Assembly (NCBI GenBank): GCA_046262595.1
Contig: JBHEMM010000044.1
Span: 264 to 10,692, forward strand
Direction: 5' to 3'
Source: Vulcanimicrobiaceae bacterium
GTDB lineage: Bacteria > Vulcanimicrobiota > Vulcanimicrobiia > Vulcanimicrobiales > Vulcanimicrobiaceae
Length of the DNA: 10,429 bases
Shown here: piece after piece, positions 7,146-10,429 of the stretch
Position numbering within the stretch: position 1 is the stretch's first letter
How the letters are laid out: each line of letters starts with the position of its first letter
Position numbers and translations under genes: made by a program
Notes under the pieces: model-generated
Seen by the model: the letters and a program-made list of their open reading frames with translations, nothing else
Databases searched by the model: none
What the model was told of the DNA's origin: nothing

Positions 7146-10100
7146 ATGATTCGCGGCATTTCTCTGCGCGGGGCGGTCAGCCTGAACACGATCACGATGA
7201 TCGGCGTCGGCCCGCTCATCACGATACCTCTCGTCCTGCAAAAGCTTCCCGGGACGATCGCGCTCGCTGGCTGGGGGCTAGGCGCCGTGGTGGCGTTGTG
7301 CGACGGTTTGGTTTGGGCGGAGCTCGGGTCGCAATATCCAGGTGCGGGCGGGACCTATGCGTATCTGCGCGATATCTTCGGTGCGCACGGCGCCGGGCGG
7401 ATGATGGCGTTTCTGTATAACTGGCAGTATTTTTTGAGCGCATCGCTGATTATCTCGACCGGCTACATCGGCTTCTCGCAGTACGCCGCGTATCTGTATC
7501 CGCCGCTGGCTGCAAACGCGCATCTCACGCAAGCGCTGGCGGTGACGATCGGCGTGGCGAGCATCGCGCTGGTGTACCGCCGCATCACGGCCGTCGCGCG
7601 CACCGGTACGGTGCTCGCGTTCTTTGCGATTGGGACGCTGCTCGTCGTCGGCGCGGCGGGGTATTGGAACGGCACGCCCGCGTACCTGTTCTCTGCCGGC
7701 GCCGGCGGCAGCATCGCGCCGTTTTCGCTGGGCTTCCTGTACGGCTTGGGAAGCGCGCTCTACATCACGCTTTACGATTACACAGGATACGCACAGATCG
7801 CGCTCGTGGGCGAGGAGGTGCAGCGCCCGCATCGCACGCTGCCGCTCTCGATCGTCATCTCGGTGCTTGCCGTGATGGCGCTGTATCTGTTTTTGCAGGC
7901 GGGCGTTCTTTCGAGCATCCCCTGGCACACGCTGTTCGATGCACACGGCGTGCCGACGCCGCAGGCGCAGTTCGTCGGTTCGACCGTCGTCGAACGAGCG
8001 TGGGGCGCGCATGCCGCCGTTGCCGTTACGCTGCTGGTGCTGGTGACGGCGTTCGCTTCGCTTTACGGAAATCTGGTCGGTGCGGCGCGCGTGCCGTTCG
8101 CCGCGGCACGCGATAAGGCGTTTCTGCCGGCGTTCGCGCGGCTTCACCCGCGCGGCGGCTTTCCGCACGTCGCGCTGCTCGCTGTAGGCGCCGTTTCGCT
8201 CGCCGGGTGTTTCTTCTCCCTGGATCTCGTCATTGCGGCGTTGATCGCCGCATCCATCTTGGGCGGCGCTTTGCCGCAGATCGTTGCGCTCTTCGTCCTG
8301 CGTTCGCGCGGCGTACATGCGCCGTTCCGCATGTGGCTCTTTCCGTTGCCCGCGCTGGTCGCGTTGGCGGGATGGATGCTCGCGTTTTGCAGCACCGGCG
8401 CGATCGCGATGTGGCTGGGAGCGCTTTGGCTGGCTGCGGGCGTCGTCGTTTATCTCACGCTTGCGCGCAGTCAGCGCGCGTGGCCGTTCGCCGTTGCGGC
8501 AGCACTTTCGCTGCTGGCATTCGTTCCCGCTCCGACGACTGCGGCGCAAAAGCCGGCGTTCGTCTACGCCGCGTCATTCTTTTACGAGCGGGTTCCCCGC
8601 AAACAATGGGCGCCCGCTTTGCGCGCCTACCGCGCGATGGGGATCAACACGATCGACCTGTACACGATGTGGAATTGGCACGAACTTTCCGACGGCGATT
8701 ACGACTTCAACGGCCGCACGGACCCGCAGCGCGATCTGCGCGGCCTGCTGCGCCTGATCCACGACGACGGCTTTGCGCTGATCGTGCGTCCGGGCCCCGT
8801 GATCCGCAACGAATGGCGCAACGGCGGCTATCCCGCCTGGCTCTTACGGCGTCGTGAGTATGCGATGCCCTTGCGCGACGTCCTCGAGGGCCGCTATCCC
8901 GCAACAGCTACGTTTCAGAACGCGCACTCCGATGCAGCCGCGGCGCAATGGATGGGCAACCTCACCCACATGCGATACGCTGCGCGATGGCTGCAGCGTG
9001 TACTCGCGCAGGTGCGGCCCTACCGCGACGACATCATCGCGGTCGCGCTCGACGACGATCAGGGCGCGTACATCGACAACGACACGTGGCCCGGTGCACG
9101 TTTTCACCGGTACCTGCGCTTTCTGGCCCGCAGCGTTCACCGCACGCTTCCCGGCATGCCGGTTTTCATCAACACCTACCAAATGAAGGTGACCGCGTCG
9201 GCGCCGGTGTGGGCGTGGGGCAACTGGTACCAAAGCGACGCGTATAGCATCGGCGAGCATGACCGCGCGCAGATTGAGTTCTCCACCGGCGTGCTGCAGA
9301 CGCAAGTTGCCGCACGGCCCGTCATGGTCAGCGAGTTCCAAGCCGGATGGCTCCAAGGCGCCGATCAATCGCGTCCGCGCGCCGCGGATCCCGCCGACAC
9401 GACGCTCGCGCTGCACACGTTCCTGCAGATGGGCGCGCACGGCGTCGTCAACTTTCCGGTGCAGGACACGCTTAACCCGGCCGGTTGGGAAGCGCCGTGG
9501 ACGAACGCGTTTTACAGCTGGGACGCGGCGCTCTCGGTGCAGCTCACGCCGCAGCCCCGATACGCAGCCACCGCGCGTTTCGGCGCGCTGATCGCGCGCT
9601 ACGGCGACGCGCTCGCCCAAACGCAGCCGGCTGCAGATGCGGCGATTGCCTACATGACGAGCGCTTATGATGTCCGTCGGCTCTCCAATACGCAGATCAT
9701 GCAGATCGCGCAGGCGACACTCTCGGCACAAGAAGGCTGCCGTGCCGCTCATATCACGTGCGCGCTGGTGGATCTGCGCTACGTTCCGGACGCGGAGCTG
9801 GCAAAGCGACCGGTGCTGATCGTGCCGCCGTCCGGAACGACGCTGCCGTACGTGAAGGGCGTTGCCGCGCGTCTTGCAGCATTCACGCGCAGCGGCGGGC
9901 GCATCGTTTCTCGCGCAGACCGAGCGCACGTTCGCCGCCCACACGCCGGCGGCATTCCCGACGCGGCGCTGCTCGTATCGCGTGACGGACGGATTGCGTT
10001 TCTGGATATCGTCAATTACTTATCGCGTCCGCTGCACACACCGCGCGCGCGCGTTTGGTCCGGTTCGTTTTCGGCCGTTGTTCCGGCGCAAACCGTGTCG

Positions 10101-10429
10101 CCGCGCGATGCGCGCCTGATCGCGCTGCGCGCGCGTTCTGCTGCGGTTGCGCTGCCCGCACTTCCCCTCGTGCGCCCAATTGTGGGAAGCATCCCGCTGC
10201 GGGCGGATAGTTGGGTCGCATCGATCGACGGCGGCAGCGCGCTTGCGTCGCAAACGGCGCGCCTGATCTACGCTCCGTGCGCCGGGGGGCGGGTATTCGT
10301 TTTCGAAGATCGTCAACACCGGGATAACTTATTCACCACGATCGGGGCGCTGCGCGACGCGTGGACGCCGGAATTCCCGCCCTCGCCGCGCGACTACATC
10401 GCAGCGTACACCCACCCGATTGCGGCGGG
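7146..10429 (+). CDS. APC-family permease fused to a GH35-type glycoside hydrolase plus further C-terminal domains (at least 1094 aa; 3' end outside the window; absent from the ORF track)
   Basis: Manual translation from ATG 7146 shows no stop to the window end. Residues 1-~445 carry APC motifs (MIGVGP, AELGSQYPGAGGTYAYL, YDYTGY...GEEVQRPHRTLP, ARVPFAAARD, LHPRGGFP, PFRMWLFP). From ~8553 there are GH35 motifs (YERVPRKQW, GINTIDLYTMWNWHE, DYDFNG, RPGPVIRNEWRNGGYPAWL, SEFQAGW, YSWDAAL). Confidence 0.92.
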   Translation, partial: MIRGISLRGAVSLNTITMIGVGPLITIPLVLQKLPGTIALAGWGLGAVVALCDGLVWAELGSQYPGAGGTYAYLRDIFGAHGAGRMMAFLYNWQYFLSASLIISTGYIGFSQYAAYLYPPLAANAHLTQALAVTIGVASIALVYRRITAVARTGTVLAFFAIGTLLVVGAAGYWNGTPAYLFSAGAGGSIAPFSLGFLYGLGSALYITLYDYTGYAQIALVGEEVQRPHRTLPLSIVISVLAVMALYLFLQAGVLSSIPWHTLFDAHGVPTPQAQFVGSTVVERAWGAHAAVAVTLLVLVTAFASLYGNLVGAARVPFAAARDKAFLPAFARLHPRGGFPHVALLAVGAVSLAGCFFSLDLVIAALIAASILGGALPQIVALFVLRSRGVHAPFRMWLFPLPALVALAGWMLAFCSTGAIAMWLGALWLAAGVVVYLTLARSQRAWPFAVAAALSLLAFVPAPTTAAQKPAFVYAASFFYERVPRKQWAPALRAYRAMGINTIDLYTMWNWHELSDGDYDFNGRTDPQRDLRGLLRLIHDDGFALIVRPGPVIRNEWRNGGYPAWLLRRREYAMPLRDVLEGRYPATATFQNAHSDAAAAQWMGNLTHMRYAARWLQRVLAQVRPYRDDIIAVALDDDQGAYIDNDTWPGARFHRYLRFLARSVHRTLPGMPVFINTYQMKVTASAPVWAWGNWYQSDAYSIGEHDRAQIEFSTGVLQTQVAARPVMVSEFQAGWLQGADQSRPRAADPADTTLALHTFLQMGAHGVVNFPVQDTLNPAGWEAPWTNAFYSWDAALSVQLTPQPRYAATARFGALIARYGDALAQTQPAADAAIAYMTSAYDVRRLSNTQIMQIAQATLSAQEGCRAAHITCALVDLRYVPDAELAKRPVLIVPPSGTTLPYVKGVAARLAAFTRSGGRIVSRADRAHVRRPHAGGIPDAALLVSRDGRIAFLDIVNYLSRPLHTPRARVWSGSFSAVVPAQTVSPRDARLIALRARSAAVALPALPLVRPIVGSIPLRADSWVASIDGGSALASQTARLIYAPCAGGRVFVFEDRQHRDNLFTTIGALRDAWTPEFPPSPRDYIAAYTHPIAA

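Noticed and set aside
7278..8549. 423-aa Arg/Gln-rich minus-strand ORF
   Set aside because: Antisense to the APC permease domain; its composition mirrors the hydrophobic codons on the plus strand.
8409..8552. Separate internal start for the glycosidase (in-frame ATG at 8409)
   Set aside because: No SD, it lies within the permease's terminal helices, and no upstream stop separates the two domains.
8844..9944. 366-aa minus-strand ORF
   Set aside because: Antisense to the GH35 domain, with no family motifs.
1..10429. CRISPR arrays, IS elements, tRNA/rRNA, tandem repeats
   Set aside because: No regularly spaced repeats, transposase motifs or RNA-gene signatures seen; the short GCGC runs reflect base composition.

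Overview
GC-rich, very compact bacterial chromosomal region with no mobile elements, RNA genes, CRISPR arrays or long repeats that I can see. Left to right: (i) the 5' end of a minus-strand DUF2203-like gene running off the left edge, (ii) rapZ-yvcK, translationally coupled, with no whiA following, (iii) a small convergent lipoprotein, (iv) a cystathionine beta-synthase plus cystathionine gamma-lyase/synthase pair (reverse transsulfuration) separated by a structured 152-nt spacer, (v) a convergent minus-strand pair encoding a Fes-like alpha/beta-hydrolase and a secreted hypothetical protein, and (vi) a plus-strand ORF missing from the supplied ORF track because it has no stop in the window (7146 to >10429, at least 1094 codons). 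I translated this ORF by hand. It is a single in-frame fusion of an APC-family permease, a signal-peptide-like linker, a GH35-type glycoside hydrolase barrel with a non-canonical DDD in place of the ENE acid/base motif, and a GH42-like accessory domain. This transporter-glycosidase fusion, possibly a combined amino-sugar release and import module, is the most notable item. All family assignments are from motif recognition; no database searches were run.
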